Positions 36,846 through 45,645 of a DNA stretch of 64,000 nucleotides are shown in pieces; position 1 is the stretch's first letter, and the number at the start of each line of letters is the position of its first letter. Origin of the DNA: an uncultured bacterium (GTDB taxonomy: Bacteria > Eisenbacteria > RBG-16-71-46 > CAIMUX01 > WJJG01); contig CAZRWW010000020.1 in NCBI GenBank assembly GCA_964603725.1, positions 3,291-67,290 of the forward strand. The letters run 5' to 3'. Made by a program: the position numbers and the translations under genes. Under the pieces are notes generated by a model. The model had not been told where the DNA came from. It did no database searches and saw only the letters and a program-made list of their open reading frames with translations.

Positions 36846-37868
36846 TCACCGCAGGCGCTCCTTCAACCACGCGATGCGGTCGGCCGGCCCTTCCAGCTCC
36901 GCCGGCCAGTTGGGGCCGAGCCGCTCGGCCGAGTGCAGGCAGCGGATGGTGACGACATCCGTGATGGTGCGGAACGGCTTGGCGGCGCCGTACTGGCGCT
37001 CGAAGAAGATCGGATAGTTGTAGCGGGCTGAGAGCTCCACCATCTCCTTGGGCTGGAGCTTGTGCAAGACCGAACCGGTCAGCGCCGTCTGGTGCAGGAA
37101 GATGCGCTTGCCCTGATCTGCCTTGCACATGGCGGCCAACACGCTGTCGCTGCAGAGCGTCTCGAAGTCGCGGGCCCATTGCCGCAGGATGCCCTTCTCC
37201 GGCCGCACGGCGAGCTGCCCGCAATGGAAGTAGGCCCGGATCTTCTGCTCGTCGGCCGGCGTCACCATCGGGAAGAGCATGTCGTCTGAAAGCCCCAGCC
37301 TCTCGTAGATGCGGCTCCAGAAGGGATTGGGTTCGACGCCGTAGAGCGTGCCAGAACGGTTGTGCATGACAGGGCAGTACGCGAGGCTGACGCCGGGCGC
37401 GAGGTCGAACTCGCGCGGCTCGTCGAACACGACGGTGTCCTCGTCCAGCCAGACGAGCAGGGCGAACCGGCCCGCCGCCGCCTCTTCCGCCGCCGCGGCG
37501 GCGAACGGCTTGCCGCCGTAGAAGAACCACCGAGCCGCCTCCGGCGTGGTGCTGGTGCGCGCCTCCGCGGCGAGGCCCCGGAGCCTCGCCCGCGCCTCGT
37601 CACTCTCGATGGTCGCGTCCGCGGGCATGTACACCCACACGGGGGCATCGCGCCAGGCGCCGCCGAATGCCCGTAGGCTCTCCGTCAGGCGGCTCGCGTT
37701 CGAGAGCTGAGCCGCCGACTCCACATAGGTCCCGAATACGACCGGCGTCATCGTCCCTCCAGATTCATCCGCAGGGGTGGCGAGAGCCCGCACGGGCACC
37801 GGGCCCAGGAGCCCCGCACCCAGAACCAGACCCAACGCCGCGGCGATTGCGAATTCGCTCCGCTTCAT
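36846..37868 (-). CDS. Exported hypothetical protein with GT-A-like motifs
   Basis: Signal peptide, WLDEDT (DxD), YFHCGQLAV and RYNYP motifs. Confidence 0.65.
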   Translation of the reverse strand: MKRSEFAIAAALGLVLGAGLLGPVPVRALATPADESGGTMTPVVFGTYVESAAQLSNASRLTESLRAFGGAWRDAPVWVYMPADATIESDEARARLRGLAAEARTSTTPEAARWFFYGGKPFAAAAAEEAAAGRFALLVWLDEDTVVFDEPREFDLAPGVSLAYCPVMHNRSGTLYGVEPNPFWSRIYERLGLSDDMLFPMVTPADEQKIRAYFHCGQLAVRPEKGILRQWARDFETLCSDSVLAAMCKADQGKRIFLHQTALTGSVLHKLQPKEMVELSARYNYPIFFERQYGAAKPFRTITDVVTIRCLHSAERLGPNWPAELEGPADRIAWLKERLR

Positions 37869-37968
37869 GTCGCTCGTCCTCTCTCGGGGGGATTCGAACC
37901 TCTCCGCGGGGGTGCGGGCCGCGCGAAGCATAGGGCAATCGAGCCCGGCCTGCCAATGGCGAGCCGCC

Positions 37969-37998
37969 TTGTCTCTTTGCTGGGCCAGGCGGTAGAAT
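37969..37998 (+). promoter_or_regulatory. Candidate sigma70 promoter TTGTCT-N18-TAGAAT
   Basis: Lies about 160 bp upstream of ATG 38157. Confidence 0.4.
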
Positions 37999-38156
37999 GG
38001 AAGCAGTTCGAGTGATCGTGGCCGAAGCGCGCTTCGCTGGATGCACGTAGCGTGGGGCGTCCCCCCCCCAGGCGCCGCGCTGCGCGCCATGATCGAGGCT
38101 GTGTAGCCGGGCGATTGGGGCGGTTCAACGCCCCCACGCTCACGGAGGTCAATCTC

Positions 38157-40111
38157 ATGCGACGCCTGCACTTGTACTCGAGAGCCTTTGTGATCGCCAG
38201 TGTCCTTGCGCTCGGACCTGCAGCCGCGACGACCTACCTGGTCAGGCCCGATGGAACGGGGCAATTCCCCACGATCCAGGAAGCCATCTGGGCTTGCGCC
38301 GGCGGGGACACGGTTCAGTTGGCCGATGGGACATTCACCGGAATGCTCAACCGCAACATCGACTTCACCGGCCTGGCGATCGTGGTGGAGTCCGCGAGCG
38401 CGGACCCGGCCGCTTGCATCCTCGATTGCGAGGGGGCGGCCGGGGAGGTGCGGCGGGGATTCCTCTTCCATTGCGGGGAGGGGCCGGCTTCGGTCTTGCG
38501 CGGCGTCACGATCCGCAACGGCCTGGCGTACGCCAGCTGAGGGTCGGAGGAAGGCGGCGCGGTCTGCTGCCGCAATGGATCCTCCCCGACGATCGCCAAC
38601 TGCCTGTTTGTCGAGAACGAGGCCGTGGGGCCCGGTGACGCCGTCTACTGCCACACCGCCTCGCCCCACTTCATGAACTGCGGCTTCCGCTTCAATGGAA
38701 TGACCTACAGCGAGGGGGCCGCACTGGCGTGCGACTCGCTTTCGTTTCCGGTCTGCCAGAGCTGCGTCTTCTCCGGAAACGTCGCGAGCGTCGGCGGAGC
38801 GGCCTATGCAATGGAGACCAGCGGACCCAGCTTCATCGATTGCGAATTCTCAGAGAACACCGCTGCCTCTGCCGGCGGGGCGATCTATGTCTGGCGGGCA
38901 GCGCTGACGCTCGTCGGCTGCACCTTCAGCGGCAACTCCGCGACGCATCAGGGAGGCGCGCTCTGCGCCGGGTACAGCTCGCCAGAGATCCACGCCTGCC
39001 TCTTCGAGAACAACACAACCTACTCCAGCGTTGTCAGCTGGGGCGGCGCGCTGTGCTTCAGGAACAGCTGCTCACCTCAGATCACAGACACGCGCTTCAT
39101 CGGAAACACGGCCGGAGGTCCGACGACATTGGTCGCGGGCGGTGCCGTCTGCTTCGCGCACGGATGTGCTCCCGCCTTCCAGAGGTGCACATTCAGCGGC
39201 AACCGCCTTCCGGGTGGAGGGGAAGGGGGCGCGGTCAGCTCCAACATGTCTTCGACTGCCATGTTCGAGGAATGCCGATTCCATGACAATTCCGCACTCT
39301 TCTATGGCGGGGCCGTGTGTCACGGGAACAGCGCCGGGGTCCTCGAGTTCGTGGGCTGCGAGTTCTCCGGCCACAGCGCGGAGTGGGGCGGCGCCTTGGA
39401 CCTGGTCGATGGTGTGGCCGTCTCGAGCGCTGCACCCTGGTTGACAACGCAGGCCAGAATGGGGGCGGCATCGCTGTCGAGGGAAACTCCGCGTGCGAGC
39501 TCGTGAACACGATCATCGCCTTCGGCAACCAGGGACCCGCAGTTTTGTGCGCTGGATCCTCAAACTGTACTCTGTCCTGCTGCGATCTTTACGGAAACGC
39601 GGGCGGCGACTGGGTCGGCGCGATCGCCGGACAGCTTGGTGTGGACGGCAACATCTGCGCCGATCCCCTCTTCTGCGGCGCCCAGAACCCCGAGATGCCC
39701 TATTCCGTGAGCGCGATCTCGCCGTGCGCTCCCGATTACAATCCGGAGTGCGGCCTGATCGGCGCCTGTCCGGTCGGGTGCGGTCTTTCCGCGGTGCGTG
39801 CCGTGGAACCATCCCAGCAGTCGCGGCTGAGCCTGGAGCTGATCGCCGTCGTGCCCAACCCGTTCATCGCGTCTGCGCGTATCGTCTATCGGCTCGGGGA
39901 CCTGGTCGATGGCACCGTCACGCTACGGGTCCACGACGTGGCCGGGCGGCTCGTGCGGTCGCTCTGCCCCGTGGCGCAGGATCCGGGCGATCACTCCCTG
40001 ACCTGGGACGGGCGTGGGACGGACGGCTCGCCTGTGGTTGCCGGGACGTATTTCCTGGAGCTGGCCGCGGCCGATCGGCGGGTCGTGCGGAGGGTCATCA
40101 TCACGCACTGA
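38157..40111 (+). pseudogene. Third beta-helix/FlgD paralog, interrupted by an in-frame TGA (38538-38540) and a -1 frameshift near 39415-39420
   Basis: The frame continues past the TGA (GSEEGGAVCCRNGSSPTI) into ORF 38625; the C-terminal CCDLYGNAGGDW...FlgD part lies in ORF 39317. Confidence 0.8.
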
Positions 40112-40123
40112 GTCGCGAGGCTC

Positions 40124-40597
40124 TCATCCCCCCAGCATGAGCGTCACGATCGCCTCGAGCCCTGATACGTCCTCGGCCGTGAAGGCCGCGATCTTGTCGG
40201 AGTCCACGTCGAGGACGCCGGTGACGCGACCGTCCCGGTCGCGCAGCGGCACGACCACCTCGCTCTTCGACCGCGCGTCGCAGGCCACGTGACCCGGGAA
40301 GGCGTGCACGTCGGGGACGAGGATCGATTCGGCGCGGCGGACACAAGCCCAGCAGACGCCCTCGGGCCCCGGCAGCACGGCGCACGCCACGGGACCCTGA
40401 TAGGGGCCGACAATGAGCTGGCCGTCCAGGAGCCGGTAGAAGCCCGTCCAGAAGAAGTGCGGCATCTTGTGGTGGAGCACCGCCGCGACCGTGGCCATGC
40501 GCGCCACGGGGTCATCGGTCTTCAGGAGCAGCTCGCGGAGCTGTTCGCGGATGCGGGCGTAGCGCTGCGCGCGCTGTTCGGACGCCGGGGCCGGCAT
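40124..40597 (-). CDS. msrC: GAF-domain free methionine-R-sulfoxide reductase
   Basis: WTGFY, VGPYQGPVAC, GVCW, VPDVHAFPGHVACD and SEVVVP motifs. Confidence 0.85.
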   Translation of the reverse strand: MPAPASEQRAQRYARIREQLRELLLKTDDPVARMATVAAVLHHKMPHFFWTGFYRLLDGQLIVGPYQGPVACAVLPGPEGVCWACVRRAESILVPDVHAFPGHVACDARSKSEVVVPLRDRDGRVTGVLDVDSDKIAAFTAEDVSGLEAIVTLMLGG

Positions 40598-40622
40598 GGC
40601 TGATCCTCCCTCGCAACGGATG

Positions 40623-40646
40623 CCGCATGGACACGGCTCGGCCCGC
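40623..40646. repeat. 24-bp exact direct repeat, copy 1
   Basis: CCGCATGGACACGGCTCGGCCCGC, identical to 42035-42058. Confidence 0.95.
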
Positions 40647-40649
40647 GAC

Positions 40650-41828
40650 TCAGCGCATGATCACGATCCGCCTCGCGCATCGCCCGTCCTCAGTCTTGAG
40701 ATTCAAGTAGTACACCCCGCTGGAGACTCCCCTGGGTGTCCAACCCCGTTGATGGTGTCCGGGGGCCAGCCTCTCTCTTTCCAAGCCCTCTACCTGTGCC
40801 CCCGTCACGTCATGCAAGGACACCCGGACGTCTTGCCACGTGGCCAGGTGAATGCTGAACCTGAGCCTTGGCCCCATCGGGTTCCCCTCGACTGTCAAGC
40901 TGGCGTTGCCGGCGGGCACCTCCGGGCTGCGAACCTCGGATTCGGGGCAGCCGATCCACAGCGGGCCGATGAGCTCCGAGCACGGGCTATTCCAAGGCAG
41001 GCAGGGAGAGTCGCTCCACAGCATGTAATCCGCAGGATCGCCGACGAAGAGATGGGGAGGGTGCTGATGGCAGAGAAGAGGATTCTCAAAACTGCTCTCA
41101 CCCTCAAAGACGACTCCGAATCCGGGCAGTCGGGTCGAATCAAGGCAGCAACACGAGACCGTGAACAGCCCCCCCGAACTGATTCCAATGTCTCGGTCTT
41201 GGTTGCCCCAAACAATGCACCGGGTCAAGACCGGAGTCGCCCCACCCTTGGCCCATACTCCTCCCACTGGAGGCGATCCATCGGTTACGCTCAGATTTCC
41301 CGAAATCGTGCAATCCGTAATCAGCGGTGAAGCGTTGTACATGCAGGCAATGCCGCCGCCGTTCCCGTTGAGCAAACCGGCCGATCTGTTTCCTACAATC
41401 ACACAGCGGGAGATGGTTGGTGACGAATTCACGATCGTCAGCGCGCCACCGTCTCCATCGCTGCGTAAGCCCGTCAGGGTGAAGCCTTCCAGGACTGAAG
41501 CACGACTCAAGCCAGCGCAAAACATGAAGCACGGTCCGTCACTGAGATCTCCATGCAGAACCGTGTGCGCGGCACCACTCTGCGACCGAATCACGAGGTT
41601 ACGCTCAGCAAGCGTAATGCCGACGAAATCATACCCGGTGTAGATACCTTCCGCGACCAGCACGGTGTCGCCATCACTCGCCACTGCGATAGCCCCACGA
41701 AGCGTTGGGTACTGAGACGTTGGGACTCTCAGCGTGGCTGCCCCGGAGGATGCAGGGACGAGGAATGGCAGCAGAAGCGCCAGGCGGCGTGCCAAGGACC
41801 AGCTATCTCGCGCGGGACGGTTGTGCAT
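40650..41828 (-). CDS. Fourth beta-helix secreted paralog, lower GC, with Ig-like tail
   Basis: VPTSQYPTLRGAI, GGGIACMYNASPLI, SPC...LIG...GC and GVYYLNL motifs; GGAGG RBS. Confidence 0.8.
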   Translation of the reverse strand: MHNRPARDSWSLARRLALLLPFLVPASSGAATLRVPTSQYPTLRGAIAVASDGDTVLVAEGIYTGYDFVGITLAERNLVIRSQSGAAHTVLHGDLSDGPCFMFCAGLSRASVLEGFTLTGLRSDGDGGALTIVNSSPTISRCVIVGNRSAGLLNGNGGGIACMYNASPLITDCTISGNLSVTDGSPPVGGVWAKGGATPVLTRCIVWGNQDRDIGISSGGLFTVSCCCLDSTRLPGFGVVFEGESSFENPLLCHQHPPHLFVGDPADYMLWSDSPCLPWNSPCSELIGPLWIGCPESEVRSPEVPAGNASLTVEGNPMGPRLRFSIHLATWQDVRVSLHDVTGAQVEGLERERLAPGHHQRGWTPRGVSSGVYYLNLKTEDGRCARRIVIMR

Positions 41829-42034
41829 CACACCCCTCCGCGGCAGTGTCAGGAGCTGCGCGCGTGCGCGCATGCTGCGAGGGTCCGCACGGATGCAAGT
41901 CTAGCTCCTCGGATTGCGAACGGGAAGATCGAAGTCAGGTCTCCGGCAGGGTCGTGGGTGTCTATCGGATGAAGGTGCTTCTAGACCGCGCGTCGCAGGC
42001 CACACAGGCCACGAGGGCGTGGGCGTCGGGGCTC

Positions 42035-42058
42035 CCGCATGGACACGGCTCGGCCCGC
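42035..42058. repeat. 24-bp exact direct repeat, copy 2
   Basis: Identical to 40623-40646. Confidence 0.95.
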
Positions 42059-42120
42059 CGGGTCCAGTCGCGAAGCGGGCGATCGGACCCAGCGGGCCGG
42101 AGGAGGATAGCCGTTCTCGA

Positions 42121-42747
42121 TCAGCGTGTGAACTGAGCCTTGATCGCACCCCAGGTGCAACTGCTCACCGGCGCCATGCCGCAGGCGCAGTCGGGTAACA
42201 CGCCCGAGAGCTCGCCGGTAACCATGTTCGGGCCTGCCTTGAGCGCCAGGAGCTCGTTGGGCGCAGCGACCGCCACCGGGGGCCAGTTGGAATAGAAGCA
42301 GAAGGTCGCTTCGCCCACCGGACCGGGCTCGCACTCGCCCTGCGCCACCGGCTCGAGCTTGATCAGCGGCAGGCCGATCCCCAGCGACGGATCGCCGGCG
42401 CAGGACCACTCCGCCTGGTAGAAGACCAGGCACACCTCGCCCTGGCCGCCCTCGCCCGTCGAGACCCCCGCCGGGTCCTGGGCCGCGAACGGAAACTCCT
42501 CGCACACGCACGGGCACGCTTCCAGGCCGAGCAGCAGATCGAGGTGGCTCAGGCCGTGCCGGCCCGTGTTCCAGCTCACCTCCACGCAGTACTTCCACGC
42601 CCCCAGGGCGGGATGGTCCGGATTCGCCACGGCGCTGCACTCGCCCACGAGGTAGCTCTGGTCCGCGCTCGCCAGCGGCAGGCTCAGCGCGATTGCCAGT
42701 GACATCATGCCAATCGTCAGCAGCTCTCTCGTCCAACGGTGAGGCAT
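42121..42747 (-). CDS. Secreted Cys-rich hypothetical protein ending in SSCTWGAIKAQFTR
   Basis: AAAGGAGG RBS, signal peptide, TWGxIK terminal motif. Confidence 0.8.
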   Translation of the reverse strand: MPHRWTRELLTIGMMSLAIALSLPLASADQSYLVGECSAVANPDHPALGAWKYCVEVSWNTGRHGLSHLDLLLGLEACPCVCEEFPFAAQDPAGVSTGEGGQGEVCLVFYQAEWSCAGDPSLGIGLPLIKLEPVAQGECEPGPVGEATFCFYSNWPPVAVAAPNELLALKAGPNMVTGELSGVLPDCACGMAPVSSCTWGAIKAQFTR

Positions 42748-43009
42748 CGATTCCTCCTTTAGGGGCGCATCGCGCCCTGTTGCGACGCCGCGGCGCCGCT
42801 CGGTAGTGATCCAGATCAGGGAGCTCAGGGACTTGATTCGACCCCGCAACGGCCGCCCACATTCACATCCGACACCCGTCCCACCCGGCTCATTGCGTTC
42901 GCAAGGAGAGAATCATATCACAGTCGTGAGTGTGGAATCAACGGTGATCATCGCTGGGTGATGCGAATGATCGAGGAAGCAGCACATCGATTGCTCGCGG
43001 CCATCGCTT

Positions 43010-43031
43010 GTGTACAACTCATGTTATACAC
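43010..43031. promoter_or_regulatory. Imperfect 9-4-9 inverted repeat GTGTACAAC-TCAT-GTTATACAC, containing a minus-strand TATAAC
   Basis: Lies in the AT-rich intergenic region upstream of the 42747 gene. Confidence 0.4.
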
Positions 43032-43123
43032 ACTTGGCTCAGAGCATGCAGACACGTGTGGCTGGTTTCAGCCACCTCGACGCCGTCAGTGCGCGGGCGT
43101 GCGGGACCGCGGCTCAGGGTGCG

Positions 43124-44317
43124 CTACGCCGCTTCCTGGCTCACCTGCAGCGTCGGCCCATCGGCGGTCACGTTGGGCGTGAGGAACCTCCAGCCGGCCG
43201 GGTCGCGCACCAGGAATCGCACGCTTTCACGCGCCCAGGCCCCGTCGGGCGCGCGCAGCGTCACGACGAGCGGGATCCCGCCGCGGCGGCAAAGCTGCAG
43301 GAAGGTCGCCACCTCGCGGGACGGCTCGACATCGACCACGACCGACTCCGGGTGCCAGCGCTCGAGCGCTTCCTGGGCCCGCGCCGGCCCGGCACCAGGG
43401 GGCACGATGATGTGCAGGATGCGCTGGCCGTCGCCGAGATCGTGGGTCGGCACGCCCGTGACGTAGAGCACCTGAAACCCGTCGGCGGCTTGCGCGGTGG
43501 CCAGGAGCGCGGCCAGCAGGCTCTTGCCCGCGCCGGTCGGACCGAAGATCCCGACGGCGGTCGCGCCGCACAGCATTGTCTCCAGCGCCTCACGATCGGG
43601 TATGTGCTTCTCGACCACCGGCGTGGGATAGGGGCGCACGATCCGATAGCCTTCTTCGCCCCACGAAAGGAAGAGACGCCGGCCGCCCTCGGACAACCAC
43701 TCGTTGCGGGGCGGGCCCTCGATCGCGCGGCCCAAGACGCGCCCGGGGTCCGGCGTCAGGGAAGCATCGAGCTGCTGGGCGGCGCCGTCCGCGCCGACGC
43801 CCATGAGGGGAAAGCCCGCCAGGTGCGCAAGGCTGCGCCCCGGCGCCTGCAGCAACCAGCCGCAGGCCGTGCCCGCGGCGCCGGGCGTGGTCGAGGCGGC
43901 CTGCGCGGTGATCGCGGCGAAGGTGCGCCTGAGCTCGTCGGCCGCCTCCAGGCTGGCGGCGACCTTGCGCTCGCCCTGGCCCGATTCGTCCATGAGCCGC
44001 GCGGTCTCGAGCAGCAGGTTCTCGGTGCCGAGGTCGATCTCCTCGGACGGCGGCACGGGCTCGGCCACGAAGTGGAACTCGCCCTCGGTCCACTTGAGCA
44101 TGTCCATCGCCGCCGCCTGCCCGTTGGTCAGATCGGGCCCGGCGGCGGAGACGATCTGCCCCTCCAGCACGTGCAGCTCGCCGCGCTTCTCGCCGCTCGA
44201 GAGATGCAGCACGCCGGTCTTGCGCCCCAGTAGGAGGAACTGCCCGAGCTCGAAGGGCGAGGCGAACTGCAGGCGTCCCGCCAGGCCGGCGCCGCGCGGC
44301 AACTCGTGCGAGTTCAC
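43124..44317 (-). CDS. DUF4388 (PatA-N-like) domain fused to a degenerate PilT-like P-loop domain
   Basis: ELGQFLLLGRKTGVLHL...WTEGEFHF...LLLETARLMDE, then GPTGAGKS. GGAGG RBS. Confidence 0.75.
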   Translation of the reverse strand: MNSHELPRGAGLAGRLQFASPFELGQFLLLGRKTGVLHLSSGEKRGELHVLEGQIVSAAGPDLTNGQAAAMDMLKWTEGEFHFVAEPVPPSEEIDLGTENLLLETARLMDESGQGERKVAASLEAADELRRTFAAITAQAASTTPGAAGTACGWLLQAPGRSLAHLAGFPLMGVGADGAAQQLDASLTPDPGRVLGRAIEGPPRNEWLSEGGRRLFLSWGEEGYRIVRPYPTPVVEKHIPDREALETMLCGATAVGIFGPTGAGKSLLAALLATAQAADGFQVLYVTGVPTHDLGDGQRILHIIVPPGAGPARAQEALERWHPESVVVDVEPSREVATFLQLCRRGGIPLVVTLRAPDGAWARESVRFLVRDPAGWRFLTPNVTADGPTLQVSQEAA

Positions 44318-44422
44318 AGGCTCCTCCTGGACACCATCCGGTCGTCTCGCGCTCCTCGCGCTGAGCCTTGTCCGGCCTCCGCCACGGCATCCCGCCGCGC
44401 CAGACCGTCACAGGCGCCTGAC

Positions 44423-45496
44423 CTAGGCCGCCATCTGCCCCGGCGCGCTGTGATCATCAAAGCGATCCCGGTGAGACGCGTGCCGCTGGGCCTCGAGCGC
44501 GTCGATGACGCCAGTGCGCAGCAGCTCGGCGATCGAGTCGTCCATGAGTTGCATGCCCAGCTTGCGCCCGGTCTGCATGGCCGTGGGGATCTGAAACGTC
44601 TTGCACTCGCGGATCATCGCCCGCACCGGCGGCGTGCCGACCAGCACCTCGAGGGCGGCGATGCGCCCCTTGCCGTCCTTGCGCTTCAGCAGGCGCTGGG
44701 CGACGACGCCCTGCAGCGACTCCGAGAGCATGGTGCGGATCTGGGCCTGGCTGCCCGCCTCGAAGACGTTGATCAGCCGGTCGATCGTGCCGGCCGCCGA
44801 GGCGGTGTGCAGCGTGCCGAACACGAGCTGGCCCGTCTCGGCCGCCGTGATCGCGAGCGAGATCGTCTCCAGATCGCGCATCTCGCCCACCAGGATGATG
44901 TTCGGGTCCTCTCGCAGCGCCGACCTGAGGGCCGTGTCGAAGCTCTTGGTGTGGCGCCGCACTTCGCGCTGGTTGATCAGCGAGAGCTTGTTGTCGTGCA
45001 CGTACTCGATCGGGTCCTCGATCGTGATGATGTGCTTGCGCTTGGTGCGATTGATGTGATCGATCAGAGCCGCCTGGGTGGTCGACTTGCCGCTCCCGGG
45101 GGGGCCGGTCACGACGACCAGGCCCTTGGTGACGTTGGCGAAGTTGCGCACGGCCTCGGGCAAGCCGAGCTGGTCCGCGGTGAAGATCTTGGTCGGCAGG
45201 ATGCGAAAGGCGCCGGCAATGCCGCGCCGCTGGCGGAACACGTTGCAGCGCACCCGCAGGACGCCGGGCACTTCGTAGCCGAAGTCCGCTTCGCCCTGCG
45301 ATTCGAAGACCGCCCAGTCCTCGGAGGCCATCATCTCGCGCAGGAGATCGGTGAGGGTCTCCTCCGAGAGCGCGTCGTACTCGACGGCCTGGATCTCGCC
45401 GTCCACGCGCAGCATCGGCGACGAACCGGTCGTGAGGTGAAGGTCGGATGCGCCCCGATCCCGCACCAGCTTGAAGATCGCATCGATACGCGCCAA
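44423..45496 (-). CDS. pilT: Type IV pilus retraction ATPase PilT/PilU family
   Basis: ASDLHL, GPPGSGKSTT, ITIEDPIE, ALREDPNIILVGEMRD and GTLHT motifs. Confidence 0.95.
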   Translation of the reverse strand: MARIDAIFKLVRDRGASDLHLTTGSSPMLRVDGEIQAVEYDALSEETLTDLLREMMASEDWAVFESQGEADFGYEVPGVLRVRCNVFRQRRGIAGAFRILPTKIFTADQLGLPEAVRNFANVTKGLVVVTGPPGSGKSTTQAALIDHINRTKRKHIITIEDPIEYVHDNKLSLINQREVRRHTKSFDTALRSALREDPNIILVGEMRDLETISLAITAAETGQLVFGTLHTASAAGTIDRLINVFEAGSQAQIRTMLSESLQGVVAQRLLKRKDGKGRIAALEVLVGTPPVRAMIRECKTFQIPTAMQTGRKLGMQLMDDSIAELLRTGVIDALEAQRHASHRDRFDDHSAPGQMAA

Positions 45497-45645
45497 GAAT
45501 GCCTCCCCGCGGCAGCGGCCCGGCCGCCAAGTTGTGGTCTACCAGTAGGATCGACTCAGCGGATGGCCAACTTGAGGGGCCGGCGGAGGCGGCCGGCGCC
45601 CGTTCTGGAGCGGCAACTCATTGGAAATACTACGATTGCCGGAGA

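Noticed and set aside
37885-37905. GGTTCGAATCC T-loop-like word on the minus strand
   Set aside because: The T-stem does not pair and there is no acceptor, D or anticodon arm; not a tRNA.
40109-40117. TGAGTCGCG at the ends of two convergent beta-helix genes (also 40644-40652)
   Set aside because: Only 9 bp and explicable by paralogous gene ends; too short to call a recombination site.
43059-43076. GTGGCTG-GTTT-CAGCCAC hairpin downstream of the DUF4388 gene
   Set aside because: No U-tract follows on either strand, so it is not supported as an intrinsic terminator.
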